A stretch of 64,000 bases of DNA from Octopus sinensis (lineage: Eukaryota): NCBI RefSeq assembly GCF_006345805.1, contig NC_043011.1, forward strand, positions 65,856,464 through 65,920,463, given 5' to 3'. The translations under genes were made by a program, and so were the position numbers. A model generated the notes under the pieces. It was not told where the DNA came from, did not search any database, and was given only the letters and a program-made list of their open reading frames with translations. How positions within the stretch are numbered: position 1 is the stretch's first letter; every line of letters starts with the position of its first letter. This document shows positions 26,439 through 39,025 of the stretch, piece after piece.

Positions 26439-28242
26439 AGGTTGCTTCTGCGCATGTGCGAGTCAGTGTTGTGTTTGGCACTGATGCGGTGAAGACGTGC
26501 TTTCGAAGCCTCCTTGAATTGAAATATTTTGAAGCCCATTGTAAGGTAAGATTCTGTTTTCTGGATCCAGTTGAAATTTTTGTTGAACATTGTTTTTTAC
26601 AGGCAGGAAGTCCTACTGGATCCAGAATTCTGATTCTGCCGATATGGGACAAATATATTTTTCTCGCTGATTTGTGAGAATTTTTTGGGGGCGTATTCGT
26701 CTTCGATAATTGAGTGAATACTTTTCTCACCTAATTATAAGAACATGTATTGTGCTGTGAAAATCTTTAAGAATTGTGAGAACTGCTATATAGGGGAGTG
26801 TTTTGCCTCCGAAGTTTGAACAATTTTTACCAATATTTGTGGAAGTTGTGTTCCAGTTGCGGCATTTCGGGTTCAATTTAGGCCGGGAGTACCGAATGGC
26901 CAGAAGATTTTTTGCTGTGTTATTGACTTTCTTTTGAACTTTATTTGATTTTCTTTTGACTTTTAACCTTTGAACTTTATGTGACTTTCTTTTGATTTCT
27001 TTTTCTTCTCGCTTTTTAACTCTTATTTTAAATATATTTTTAAAAAAAGCAATAAAACATGGCAACGAAATATGACAAAATTTTGGAATGGGAGATTATA
27101 CCGCCTAAAAAGTGGTTAAAAGACCGTGAAGATAGGACGGTGGTGTTGAGAACCTCCTCCAAGGCACTCGACACCATCACCCTGTTCGAAAAGACGTCAA
27201 TTGAAAAGGAGTTGGCAGAGTATTTGCCAACAATTAAATTCATTTCCAGGGGTGTCAGATATGCAACGGTGTGGTTGCTATTTGACACCCCTGAAGAGGC
27301 TTGCAAATTTGCTAGTAAACCCCTGGAGAGTAAGGACATTTTATTTCTGCCCACGCATCATGGAAAGAGATTGATGAAAGCTTGGATCTGCGGGCTGCCA
27401 CCCGGGATAAAACCCGAGTGGATAGAGGAGACTATTCGCCGGGGTCTGGGTGGCAGCGGAACTAAGCTTCATAATGTGAAAATTCTTCCTGCGGCTGTTT
27501 GGGTTGGATCAAAAGCAATTTTGACCCTTTGGATCCAATCAGCCAATGTGGTTCTTCCAGATTTTTTTGAAAATGGCCGGGTGCAGGCACCCGGTGATAC
27601 TTGAGGGTCGCCCCCTAGGTGTCATCGGTGGTTGGAGTCCGGCCATATAAAGAAAAACTGTTCCCGGGAACAAAATAGGAGCCCGGAGCAGTTAAGTGAG
27701 ACCCCTGTAGAAGAGGGAATGAAGACGGCCGAGGAAGCGAAGGACTCTTCAAACAGGGGCCGAAAGAAGAAGATGGTGAGCAACAATGGTTGCTCACAAG
27801 GATACTAGAGATGAGGATGGAAAGGCGAATCTTCCGGCCACGGATAAGACGCACCCTCCCTTAGTTGAAAAGAGAAAAAAAGAGAAAGACGAAGAGAAAC
27901 GGGACATTACCGGCAGTCGGTGACATAGTACCGGAATGTCCCGGAACTACGTCGGTTGGGGTTGTGCCACCGACAGGAGAAGAAACACCGTTGGCGGGAG
28001 TTGTGCCGCAAATGAAAGAATTGAATATCCCGCCCCCGAGGAAAGACGATGTATTGATCTTCTTCCATAGAGGCGAAGCTGTTGAAAAGCTGATGGAAAA
28101 GCACCATAATGGAGCACCTTTAGCCTTCACACAGGACCCCGAATGGCCTCCACATGTAGCTGTGGAGGCCGTGGGGTCCGACGTGACGCTTGGGCTGAAG
28201 GAACCCAATGAGGATTATAGCTTGTTCCCGGGCGACGCTAAA
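26439..28242 (+). mobile_element. L1/Tx1 element copy 2: 5'UTR and ORF1 (frameshifted CCHC knuckle), ORF2 and 3' end deleted
   Basis: ORF1 27059-27604 is closely similar to the copy 1 ORF1 and continues past the copy 1 deletion point. Confidence 0.92.
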
Positions 28243-28361
28243 ACGGTTCCGGTTTCAGTCCCACTGCGTGGTACCTTCGGCAAGTTTCTTCTACCATTGC
28301 CTCTGGCTGACCAAAGCCTTGTGAGTGGAGTTGTTAGATGGAAACTGAAAGAAGCTCGTCG
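28243..28361 (+). mobile_element. 3' remainder (B box and body) of the SINE split by Tx1 copies 1 and 2
   Basis: CGGTTCCGGTTTCAGTCCCACTGCGTGG...GACCAAAGCCTTGTGAGTGG...GAAACTGAAAGAAGCTCGTCG followed by a (TA)n tail. Confidence 0.85.
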
Positions 28362-28375
28362 TATATATGTTAATA

Positions 28376-28525
<150 letters not shown>

Positions 28526-28527
28526 GT

Positions 28528-28862
28528 GAAGGCGCATGGCTCAGTGGTTAGAGCGTCGAGCTTACGATCGTGAGGTTGTGAGCTCGAATCTCGGATCGGG
28601 CTGCGTGTTGTGTTCTTGAGCAAGGCACTTTATATCACGTTGATCCATTTCATTCAGCTGTAGAAATGAGTTGCGACGTCACTGGTTCCAAGCTGTATCG
28701 ACCTTTGTCTTTCCCTTGGATAACACTGGTGGCGTGGAGAGGGGAGGCAGGTATGCATGGGCGACTGCTGGTCTTCCATAAACAACCTTGCCCGAACTTG
28801 TGTCTAGGAAGGTAACTTTCTAGGTGTAATCCCATGGTTATTCATGAGCGAAGGGGGTCTTT

Positions 28863-28863
<1 letters not shown>
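28528..28863 (+). mobile_element. Full-length tRNA-derived SINE
   Basis: A box TGGCTCAGTGG, B box GCTCGAATC, central TTGAGCAAGGCACTT domain; 3' part also present at 46330-46526. Confidence 0.9.
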
Positions 28864-28906
<43 letters not shown>

Positions 28907-28907
28907 C

Positions 28908-28969
<62 letters not shown>

Positions 28970-29024
28970 ATATATGAGTGTGTGTGTGTGTATATATATA
29001 TATGTGTGTGTTTGCATGTCTGTG

Positions 29025-29222
29025 TTTGTCCCCCCATCATCCCTTGACAACCAATGCTGGTCAGTATACGTCACCGTTACTTAGCGGTTCGGCAAAAGCG
29101 ACCGATAGAATAAATACTAGGCTTACAAAGAATAAGTCCTGGGGTCGATTTGCTCGACTAAAAGGCGGTGCTCAAGCATGACGGCAGTCAAATGACTGAA
29201 ACAAGTAAAAGATTAAAAGCGA
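29025..29222 (+). mobile_element. Common octopod interspersed repeat 3' end (SINE/LINE tail)
   Basis: ...GGCGGTGCTCAAGCATGACGGCAGTCAAATGACTGAAACAAGTAAAAGA; recognised from recall, not a database search. Confidence 0.6.
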
Positions 29223-29231
29223 GTAAAGAGT

Positions 29232-29400
29232 AAATATATATACATATATATACAAAATATATATGCATATATATACAAAATATATATGCATATATATACA
29301 AAATATATATACATATATATACAAAATATATATACATATATATACAAAATATATATGCATATATATATACATATATATACATACATATATATACGCATAC
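29232..29400 (+). repeat. 23-bp AT-rich minisatellite GCATATATATACAAAATATATAT
   Basis: About 5-6 tandem units. Confidence 0.85.
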
Positions 29401-29919
29401 ATACATATATATATATATATAAATGCATGTATTGAATATTAGATATTAGAGCTCCTGTTAATGAAATAATATATTACTCACGGCTAATGAGAAGTGCAAT
29501 AGAAATGAGTCTCCTCATCATGGCGTTCCCAATAAAATGGTAGCTCTGAATGTGTATGTTTCACTTCCTTTTCAGTTTCTGCTTCCTCGCTTTACTTCCT
29601 CCTTACTTTATCGCAAACCATTCAATATATGGCAACAGGTGGTTCAGTCAGCAAGTAATTTCTTATATTTTTTCTCCGTATGTATTGTCCAATAGTTGAC
29701 ACTTTTATAGTATGTCTGAGAATTTAGAACAATTGTCCATTATCTTTAAGCTAATTATAATGGGGCTCTGCTAGTATGGGCTCAAATATATATTTGTTCA
29801 ATTCCTATTGAACAGAATATTGCAGAGTTTCACTGTTTAAAGCTGCATATTTGCAGAAATTACATTTAATTATATTATTTACATTTGATGGATATTTGTC
29901 CTCATCTTGTTTGTTATTA

Positions 29920-29964
29920 GCACAACGTTTCGGCTGATATACCTTCGAACCTTCATCAGGTGTC
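29920..29964 (-). ncRNA. Minimal type I hammerhead motif in a Penelope-type pLTR fragment
   Basis: CAC-CTGATGA-aGGTT...AGCC-GAAA-CG-TT-GTG, with palindromic stem III AACGTT. Confidence 0.6.
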
Positions 29965-30084
29965 TTGGGGAAATTTAGAATACCATATTCTCGCGGGCAT
30001 AAGGCGGAGTGTTTAAGAGCGTGGGCCCCAAGATTCTTAATTCGATTCCAGAAAGTTTCCTGAATAATAATAATAATAATAATA

Positions 30085-30116
<32 letters not shown>

Positions 30117-30124
30117 AATTATAA

Positions 30125-31380
30125 TGAGCAGGAACAAACCTATAAATACCTAGGAATGAATGAAGGCTCTGGTATCCAGCATGCAATCATGAAAGAGAAG
30201 GTTAGGAAAGATTGTTATAGAAGATTTCGAGCAGTCCTGAAGTCTGAGCTGAATGCATATAATAAGGTGTTAGCCATAAATTCCTTAGCAGTACCAATTG
30301 TTTTATATAGCTTCAATGTGCTTAACTGGATTACCAGTGATATAATGAAAATTGACAAGAACATCCGCAAGCTACTGGCTTGTAATAAGATGCACCATCG
30401 AAAGGCAGACATGGATCGCCTTTACCTTCCCTGAGCTCAGGGAGGTCGAGGTTTGATCCAGCTTGAGCTTATATACAAAACCACCACAATATGACTGGTT
30501 AAATACCTGGAAGCAACCAACGATTGGACGCTAAAACATGTTGAAAAACATGAAAGACCTAAAGAACTTCCCTCTATTCTCAAAGAGAGCAAAAAATTCG
30601 CTGCTGATCTCTTAGATACCCACCAGATTGATCAGGCTGAAGGAAATACGCCAATTGCAGCTGCAAAGGAAATAAAATTAATTGCAAAGACATGAAACTT
30701 TAGCTAGCAGATGGGAACAGAAACCTCTCCATGGCAAGTATGTGGCCCGTAGCAAACAAGCTGATGTCGACCAGAAACACATGCACCAATGGTTACGAAG
30801 CGCAGGGCTAAAAACAGAGAGTGAATGTTTCATATTAGCTGCACAAGACCAAAGCTTATTTACCCTGAACTACGAAGCCAATGTGATGAAAAATAGAGCT
30901 GACCTAAAATGCCGATTCTCTAACGATGAGATTGAAACAATAGACCACATAATCTTAGGGTGTAGAGTCTTAGCACCTGCAGAATATAAAGCAAGACATG
31001 ACAGAGTCGGCCAGTATTTACACTGGACAATATGTCGGCATTATAAAATCAAAACCGCTGACAAATGGTATAAACATCATCCTGAAGCTGTGACTGAGGG
31101 AGAAAATGTGTCGGTTCTATGGGACTTCCCTGTACATACCGACAGGACTATAAAAGCTAATAGACCGGATATTATTATAAAAGATCAGACAAAAAGGATT
31201 TGTTTATTAATTGACATGAGTATTCCCTGTGATCACAATATAGCGGCGAAAGAATTTGACAAGATTAGTAAATATAAAGACCTGCTAATAGAAATTGAAA
31301 AAATGTGGCATCTCAAGGCGACTACAGTACCAGTGATAGTAGGATCTCTAGGAATGATAAAAAAAGGTACTAAAACCTAT
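30125..31380 (+). mobile_element. 5'-truncated R4/Dong-clade non-LTR element (RT end, CCHC, restriction-like endonuclease) next to (TAA)n
   Basis: RLYLP..GGRGL, HII.GC..LA..EYKARHD, LWDF..HTDRTI.ANRPDIII.D, LLIDMSIP, K.SKY.DL, PVIVGSLG. Confidence 0.9.
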
Positions 31381-31617
31381 GTACAAAGTAACTACGAAGA
31401 AATTAAATACCACCGATATTATTCAACCCAAGAATAACAATCGGGAGGTACGTACTTTAAACTTACAACACAAAATGTACGAAAATCTACTCACTCACAT
31501 ATAAAGACATGCAATTGTTTATAATTATACCGTATGTTACATATACATACATAAATACATATTTATTTAAAATTTAAAATTTTAGTAGCCAGTTCTCTAA
31601 ATTTTGTATATTTTTAC

Positions 31618-31660
<43 letters not shown>

Positions 31661-31944
31661 AGTGTGATTGGTTAAAATGTAGGACATCTCAGTAGCTTCT
31701 GTGTAATGACGAATGAAATTACGAAATCAGGTGTTTGTTGTCACAGGTTTTTTCTATATATATGCAGAATTTTCATTCGCAGAGAAAACTTCTGACGTCT
31801 AAATGACAATGTGACGACCCAGCGTGGATCAAAATGTTTGTAAGATATATTTCATGTGAATAGACAAGTGGTAGACGATGTATGACAAGATAGCAGAATA
31901 CCATTGTCCAATTCATCAACAAACGACGTCGACTTTTCATAGGA

Positions 31945-33666
31945 ATGAGAAAGATGAAATGTTTAATATTTGTTCTTCTACTTAATATTGGTAAGTAGTT
32001 ATGTAATAATTACTACTTCGTTCTCCTCACTGTTCCGATATAAGATGCTGATTACCTTTTAGCACGACTTCTAATATACCATCTGTCGTTTTACTTACAT
32101 AATAACTGTAACATTATATGAGAATTTACAAACTTAATTATATTCTATGTATGTAATGTGTCTATATTTTTTAATATGTTGAAATATCCCCAATTATCGT
32201 ACTATCATTATATATGTTTAAATATATATGTACATACACATTTGTGCATGCATACATACACGGACACACGTACATAAGCTCAAACACACACACACACACA
32301 TGGACACATACGCATACACACATACGTATGCATAAGCGTTTGAATATGCATCCATATACATTTAAAGTATTTGCATATACAGTAATATATACGTACATAC
32401 TTACATGAAATACGCATGTGTCATTAAAAATATGCGTTTCAGAGGAAGTGTGTGTGATATTTTATTTTTCATGGAGGAAAAATGCAGTGCGTTTACGCCA
32501 ATCCCCACATGTTTTTTCTTTGAAAACCTTTATGAAAAGATTATGCACGTTTGTTTTCATATAAGTACTTCCAAAAACATGTATTTTTTTCTGGTATTGT
32601 AGTTTAGATATTACTGATTGCTAAGTGCACAGAAATCACCATTATTGAAAAAGTTATGGGTACCGAGTACAATTTAGCTGGTTGCGGAATGAGACAGTAG
32701 ACATATGAAATTAATTTAGTAATAACAATATTAGCAACAGTCAGCCTTTACTCCTGAGTAATCATATATTATATAAATGCATTATACAATGAATAAAACT
32801 CTTTTAACAAACCTTTCGAAAGCAGGACTGAATTTACCCATATTGTATATAGTTACGTAACACTCAGTATCGAACATTCTATCAGACAGGGTCATATGTC
32901 ACGCGTTGATTACTAACATGAAATTAAATAACAATGCCTCCCACTGAATTTAACACCTCTTCATAAATATAATTACTGAAAAAGTTTATTGCAAATCACT
33001 TGAAAGGTAGTGGTTACCAAAGAATGATTCCATATAACAATTTCCTGATTACATAATAAAGCACTAAAACATTCGTTTGTTTCTTCTTCATATTGCAGAC
33101 ATATTGGTGCTATGAAATTAATTTAACTGTTATTTCCTATCAGGTGCTGCGGTATCAATGAGCCATTGTAATTTGATGGCTATTCAACGTTGTCCTGCAT
33201 CTTATTATGGATATAACAATAACGATGCATTTTGCAGGTTTGTATTTTATCATACTCGTATCGTTACTATAAATGATATGAATAGAGATATGACCACATA
33301 TGTTGAAGATGCGTACTACTGCCCAACGGTTCGGAAGTACTATTTACAATTTTTAGTGTCTGTGCTCGACTCTATTACAAAGCACTATCCACAAATGAAA
33401 TTATCTATGCTCTCCATTCATCACATCTCTTTGGGAAATGGAAGCTGTGTGAATTTATACAATAAATGAAGTGGTTCAGTCTGACCGAGCAATCTACCTC
33501 CCTAAAATGCCTTCTGAATTAAAGTACTGAGGCACGTCTTTCAACTGCTTGAATGCATTTAAGTTAATCTCCTATCATTTCAGTGGATGGAACAATCCCT
33601 CATCGCCTTCGTATGGCAGAGATCCACTACACGTCCATGAATATTTTTCCTGTTTACATATAAAAA

Positions 33667-33741
<75 letters not shown>

Positions 33742-34543
33742 TTAGAGACAAAACCACTATTTTGCAAAACAAACAAGGAAAGACTTAATCAATACATAAA
33801 ATTTTAATAAAAAGTAAAAAATAAAAAGTAAAAAAAGTAAAAAAAAAAAATAAATATATATATACAGGCATACATACAGACATACATACATACATATAGG
33901 TGAGAGAGTAGGTATGTGAAAGCACGTAGTTGGATGTATAAAAGACAAAATAGAGTGAAAAAATCTACCATGTTATATTAAAATGGTATTCTTTGAGCTG
34001 ATTTTCCTGTTAGGGACGAGATGAATGTCCGCAGATGCTAGATCTAGTGAAAACAATGGTTGTAGAAACGATACCATGTGGTTTTTAGCTGGAAACTCAG
34101 GAGGTACAAGTGCTGAGTTACAGTGTGCATTGCTCAGTTAGAAATCCATTCTTCCTGCTCCACAAATCCGGTCGCTTTTGTCGAATTTCATTCCTCAAAC
34201 GGTTCCACATTTTGGAGTAGAACTCTCGATTGACGGTCTCTTCCCGGAGGAAGAATTTTCGATGTCCAGTACCACGGATAACGAACAAAGACCACAAGCA
34301 TGCTTACGTTGGAACTGCGACTCCGTATGTATGTGTGGATATGTATGTATGTAGTTGAAATTAACAGAAAAACAAAAGACGAATACAGGTGTATATACAA
34401 CAAACAGGTGCATTAGGTAATGTGAGAAAGTATCTTACGTTTGGAGCCAACGCCCTTCAACAGAAAGAAAGACAAGTAAATGAACAGACAGAGAATAAAA
34501 AAGCTTTTGTAGCTAGCGGTCTAAACACGTATGTGTGTGTGTA

Positions 34544-34591
<48 letters not shown>

Positions 34592-34602
34592 TGTGTTGTG
34601 TG

Positions 34603-34634
<32 letters not shown>

Positions 34635-36994
34635 CGTGTGTGTCTCAGTGGTTGTATGTGTTATTGACGCACTATCAAATACAATTCATGAACACGTGGT
34701 TACAGAAGAAATGTTATTTTCCAGTTTTGGCTTTTTTGTATCAGCGAATTCAGTCTATTATTGTTCGTTGGGTGCATTTCTAACTGCAACACCATGCAGG
34801 TCATTTTGTAAATTGCACTAAAATCTGAAGATCGAAGTCGAAATATCGACACAGTGGTTCATAGTGATTGGATATAAAAATAAAAACAAAATGTCTCGTT
34901 TTTCTTTCTGAAATAAACAAAATAATATTTATTCTTGTCTTACAGGTATTTTAAATAACCTAACTCCTGTTATCGTTTAATTAGTGAGAAATGTACATTA
35001 TACTTCAAAACAATAAAAGAAAAAATGTGCTCGGTGAGATATTTATACTACCCCCTTTTCTGATCCCACAGGGTCTGGGAAGTTAAACTTTGTATTATGA
35101 GGGAGTTATTATCGCCAACATATATTTCTTTAGATACTTACGAAAAAATGCTCATGATACATTTCCGTACTATTTACCTTCCGGTACACTGGTTTCAGAT
35201 TCCAACGATTCCAACTTCGAAATTAATCCGTTTGATTTTGAGGAAATAGAATGTACAATAGGAGGTGTGATTGCAATTTTATCATCTAAACATTTCTCAA
35301 ATTTCCAGTCACTTCACCGCAATCAGAAACTATTATTTCATTTCTGGAGCGGCAATCCGACAGTCTCTAGAGTGCCACCATTTGGTACGTGACTTCAAAT
35401 TTCTATTTACTTGAACTCTCAAAATTTGAATCATGTGTGTTCAAATATCACTGAGATGATCTTAAACAATGATGTCCTTTTTCATATATTAGTAACGAAA
35501 CTGTAGCCCAGCACTCCACCGATTTGTTGGCTTGAGCGTAAAATTATTCGTCTAACGTTCCATAAGAATCCTGTCTACCTAAATAGTGCAATAGTGTTTA
35601 TGAACATGGTTGGCGATTTGCAAAATTTCAAGCTTGATTATGACACTGGAATACGAAAAAGGAAAAGAGATGCTGTTAGTATTATGGTCTCATCCTCATT
35701 TACTTACATATGACCGCTCACTCATAAACACGGGTATACAGAGTATTGATTGGTTACACTTATAACGAGGTAGATGTGACAGGATTGACATTTAACACGT
35801 TTTCATACATGTGTTGTGCATCTATCGATAAATATTCCAAATATTCCACAAATGGTTTTTTTTTGTGTCTGGGGGAGAGATTCTGTTTTAATGCCTTATT
35901 AATTAACACACTCAGTGGCTTGATTTTCATTCATTTAAATATTCATTTTCCTAACATTTTCCTTGCTTCTTGCAACCAGTTCAACAGTTATTGACTCTGT
36001 CCGTTATCAAGAATTGCGTTGATGGAAAAAAAAAACGCAGCTTCGATAACGGACAGAATGAATGACTATTGAAGAGGTTGCAAGAAGCGCCGAACGTTTT
36101 AGAAAAAAATAAATGAGTTTAAATCGAACAGAAGAGAGTGATATTTAATAAGACATTAAATCAGAATGACTCTCCCCAGGCACAATAAAATATACTTCAA
36201 CACACGAATTCACATGCAGAATCTTCCAAACCAATTGCAAAACCTATATTCCGGACGTTTTGTTTTCTAACTAATACGTTTATATCATTTCAAAATATTT
36301 TCCAGGGAGGTAAATCAAGTTTCGTCTCTAGTGGCATTAATCTCGTATTACCAACATTACAAGTGATATCAACATTGTATTACTCTGTTCCAAGTCTACG
36401 TTTGGAGGCCTATACAGTGACGTACAATTGATTAATGAGCGCCAACAAATCATTATTGAATACTACGTAAGTTATACATAGGTAATTTACACAATAATAC
36501 TCATTTCAAGCAATGATAGATGTCAGAAAGAGGATAACGAAACTCTCTTCACTTCCAGAATGATGTTATTTTAAGCCAGCGGCCCATATTGCGTTGTCAA
36601 TCTGCATTAAGGAGTACATTTCCCACATCGCGGTACTCAACACTCGTAAAAGAAAGCGCTACCGGCAGATCTTTTCTTCTGACCCATCCTTCTCACCTAT
36701 CGTCAAAATATTCGTGTGATGTATCTTCCTTTCTTTAGAAGATATACATTTCACACAATCCGGTAGGTACTGAATTAATAAATACAACTTCAGTTTCATG
36801 TTTAGCTGTGGGCCTAATTAAAATACATTTTGATGAACGCATCGAAATCATATTCTTAATTCTTGAATATTCATGATTTTATAAACAGTCTTCTAATCGT
36901 TTTTTGTTTACTTTACAGGTTGTTTCAAATAATATTTGTGGCTGTAGTTGTATTCATAATGTTAGTTCGTAAATTCAATAAATATGGATGCTAG
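31945..36994 (+). pseudogene. G2: 6-Cys secreted protein paralogue, probably disabled
   Basis: Exons 31945-31990 (MRKMKCLIFVLLLNI, gtaagt), 33144-33237 (94 nt; GAAVSMSHCNLMAIQRCPASYYGYNNNDAFCR), 34946-35033 (RYFK*PNSCYRLISEKCTLYFKTIKEKMCS, in-frame TAA at 34956), candidate stalk exons 36395-36466 and 36739-36762, last exon from 36919 with its hydrophobic frame out of phase. Confidence 0.75.
35100..35700 (-). mobile_element. Ty3/Gypsy integrase remnant
   Basis: Degenerate IIVSDCG and PQNQTD..RSWNR.LK..YRK resembling the integrase core. Confidence 0.45.
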
Positions 36995-37559
36995 TAAGAC
37001 GGTATATCCACATTTTGTTGTGTTTTTATTTAATAGACAGATGGTGTATGAAAGCAACGTCCTAATTGTGTAATCTCTACAACTGCCATAACATATATAG
37101 GCTTTAATGGAGTCGGTTACGAAAAGTAGAGACGAAAATACACCCACTGATGCACGCACGTAAAGACAAACTTATATACGTACAAGAACTTGAATGAGTC
37201 ACCTACATTTATTTGCTTTTCTAATAAATAATTCAACATTTGAAGTTTAGTAAGTCTCCTGTCAACTTCCTTGGACTCGTCCAGTTGCACTTCCATCAAC
37301 CCAAAAGAAGAACAAACGGAGGGAAATATATCGCGCGAATTCCAGAAAACATAGAAGCTTTGAAGGATTTAGTGTCCCGACGGATACTGACGCTGGTAGT
37401 TTATTCTATGATTTATCACTTCTAAGCTTGAAATGTTGTTTCCTAAAGTCATGGGTGCTGTGTTGTATTTGAATTTGTTATCATATCTGCAAGGGACATA
37501 TGGGAATCAAAAATTTTCGCAATATTGTTGTTGGATACACTTGTGAGTATCGGCCAATT

Positions 37560-37990
37560 CACTTGCCAAACGTCGTTACTTTAACGTAAGAAAGCCCAGT
37601 AATTAAGAAGCGTAGAATGTGGTAGATGCACAAGGGTGAGTAGTCGCTTGATTTCACACTTCAGGGTTCCAGATTGGTGTCAGAAACCATTTACACCTTA
37701 AAATAGATAGCTGGAGAGCGGCTAAAAAGATCTTACTGAGAGATGCCAAGAAACCTTCAGCCTTCTTTATCGTCTTAGAGATGTGGCGTATCCTTTCAAA
37801 TGACGTCTCATACAGTGAAGAATAATGTACTCCAAACATGAATTATTTTGACCGAGAATAATGGAATTCAGCCAATCATAGAGATCATCTTTCACACCCA
37901 TTGTAGAAAGTTTTGCCATGAGTTGCTTGTGTGCCACAGAATTGAAGGTTGTATCAAAGTCAAGTTCCACAACAGTAACTCATGAGCCGC
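37560..37990 (-). mobile_element. Old LINE RT remnant
   Basis: LDFDTTFNSVAHKQLMAKL..MG..DDLYDWL. Confidence 0.6.
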
Positions 37991-38165
37991 CATCATGAAT
38001 TCGAGTGATGTCCATAATAATTCCCAGAATCCCAAAAGTTACATTAGGAGTCGACAGCAGTTAGACTTGCCAGGAAAGGTCGATGTACTATCAACAGTAA
38101 TATATATATATATATATATGTATATGTATATGTATGTATATGTATGTATGCATATGTGTATGTAT

Positions 38166-38197
<32 letters not shown>

Positions 38198-38782
38198 GTA
38201 TATGAATGTATGTATATATATATACAAAAATATATCGAGAGAGATAGATACTTATAGTTACAGTCGTACACACACACACACACACACACATGTATATATA
38301 TATATATATAGACTTATACACACATGCCTGCACACACATATACATACATGCGAGTGTGTGTGTGTTTAGATAACAACGTTCTTTTTGATATTTGCTTGGC
38401 CGTCTTTATTGCTGGACTTGGTGCAATGTCGGAGTTTGTCAACGTATCCTTGGGAAGTATTACTCTCCAACGTTCTCCGTTGTTTTCAAAAGCCTGTAAA
38501 TATTTACTAACATACATCGACCCATTCCCTACTCGGACCACGTCGAGGACAAAAGACAGCCAAGCAAATAAACACTCTGATCGAAGCAGAAAACCATGTC
38601 ATCACGAAACATATAACGAATCAAAAGCCAACAAATTAAACCAATCCAAATTTCAACACCACCAACATCAGCAAAGAGCTAACACTAAATACTGCGAAAG
38701 CTAAGCATTAATACCTTGAGAAATCACAAGCATCTCAAAATAATTAACAGAAAATATGATGTCATTATTGAAGAGAAACTAT

Positions 38783-39025
38783 GGAGTCGATTGCCATAGT
38801 GGTTAGCGTGTTGGACTTATGATCACATGATTGTGGTTTCCCTTCCTGGACCGGGTGACCCGTTGTTTTTATGAGCAAAGCACATTATTTCACATCGCTC
38901 TATTCCATCCAGCTGGCAAAAATGACTAAATCTGTTACGGATCTACCTCTCTTTCAGTTGGAAAATATATACGACAAAGAAACCGGGATATCGGCCCGTT
39001 GAGTCCACAACACACGGGAAGGAAC
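38783..39025 (+). mobile_element. Degenerate tRNA-derived SINE
   Basis: TTGCCATAGTGGTTAGCG head and TGAGCAAAGCAC domain as in 28528-28863. Confidence 0.65.

Noticed and set aside
28528-28605. tRNA gene (also 46775-46846 and 38783-38860)
   Set aside because: Poor cloverleaf pairing and each continues into a SINE body
33144-33237. Tetraspanin CCG motif (TGC TGC GGT) and a PAS-like motif
   Set aside because: The CCG frame stops after 8 codons; the phase-1 frame is open and matches the 6-Cys paralogues
35090-35392. LRR/Toll-like fragment (..FSNFQSL..GNP)
   Set aside because: The opposite strand better fits a Gypsy integrase remnant
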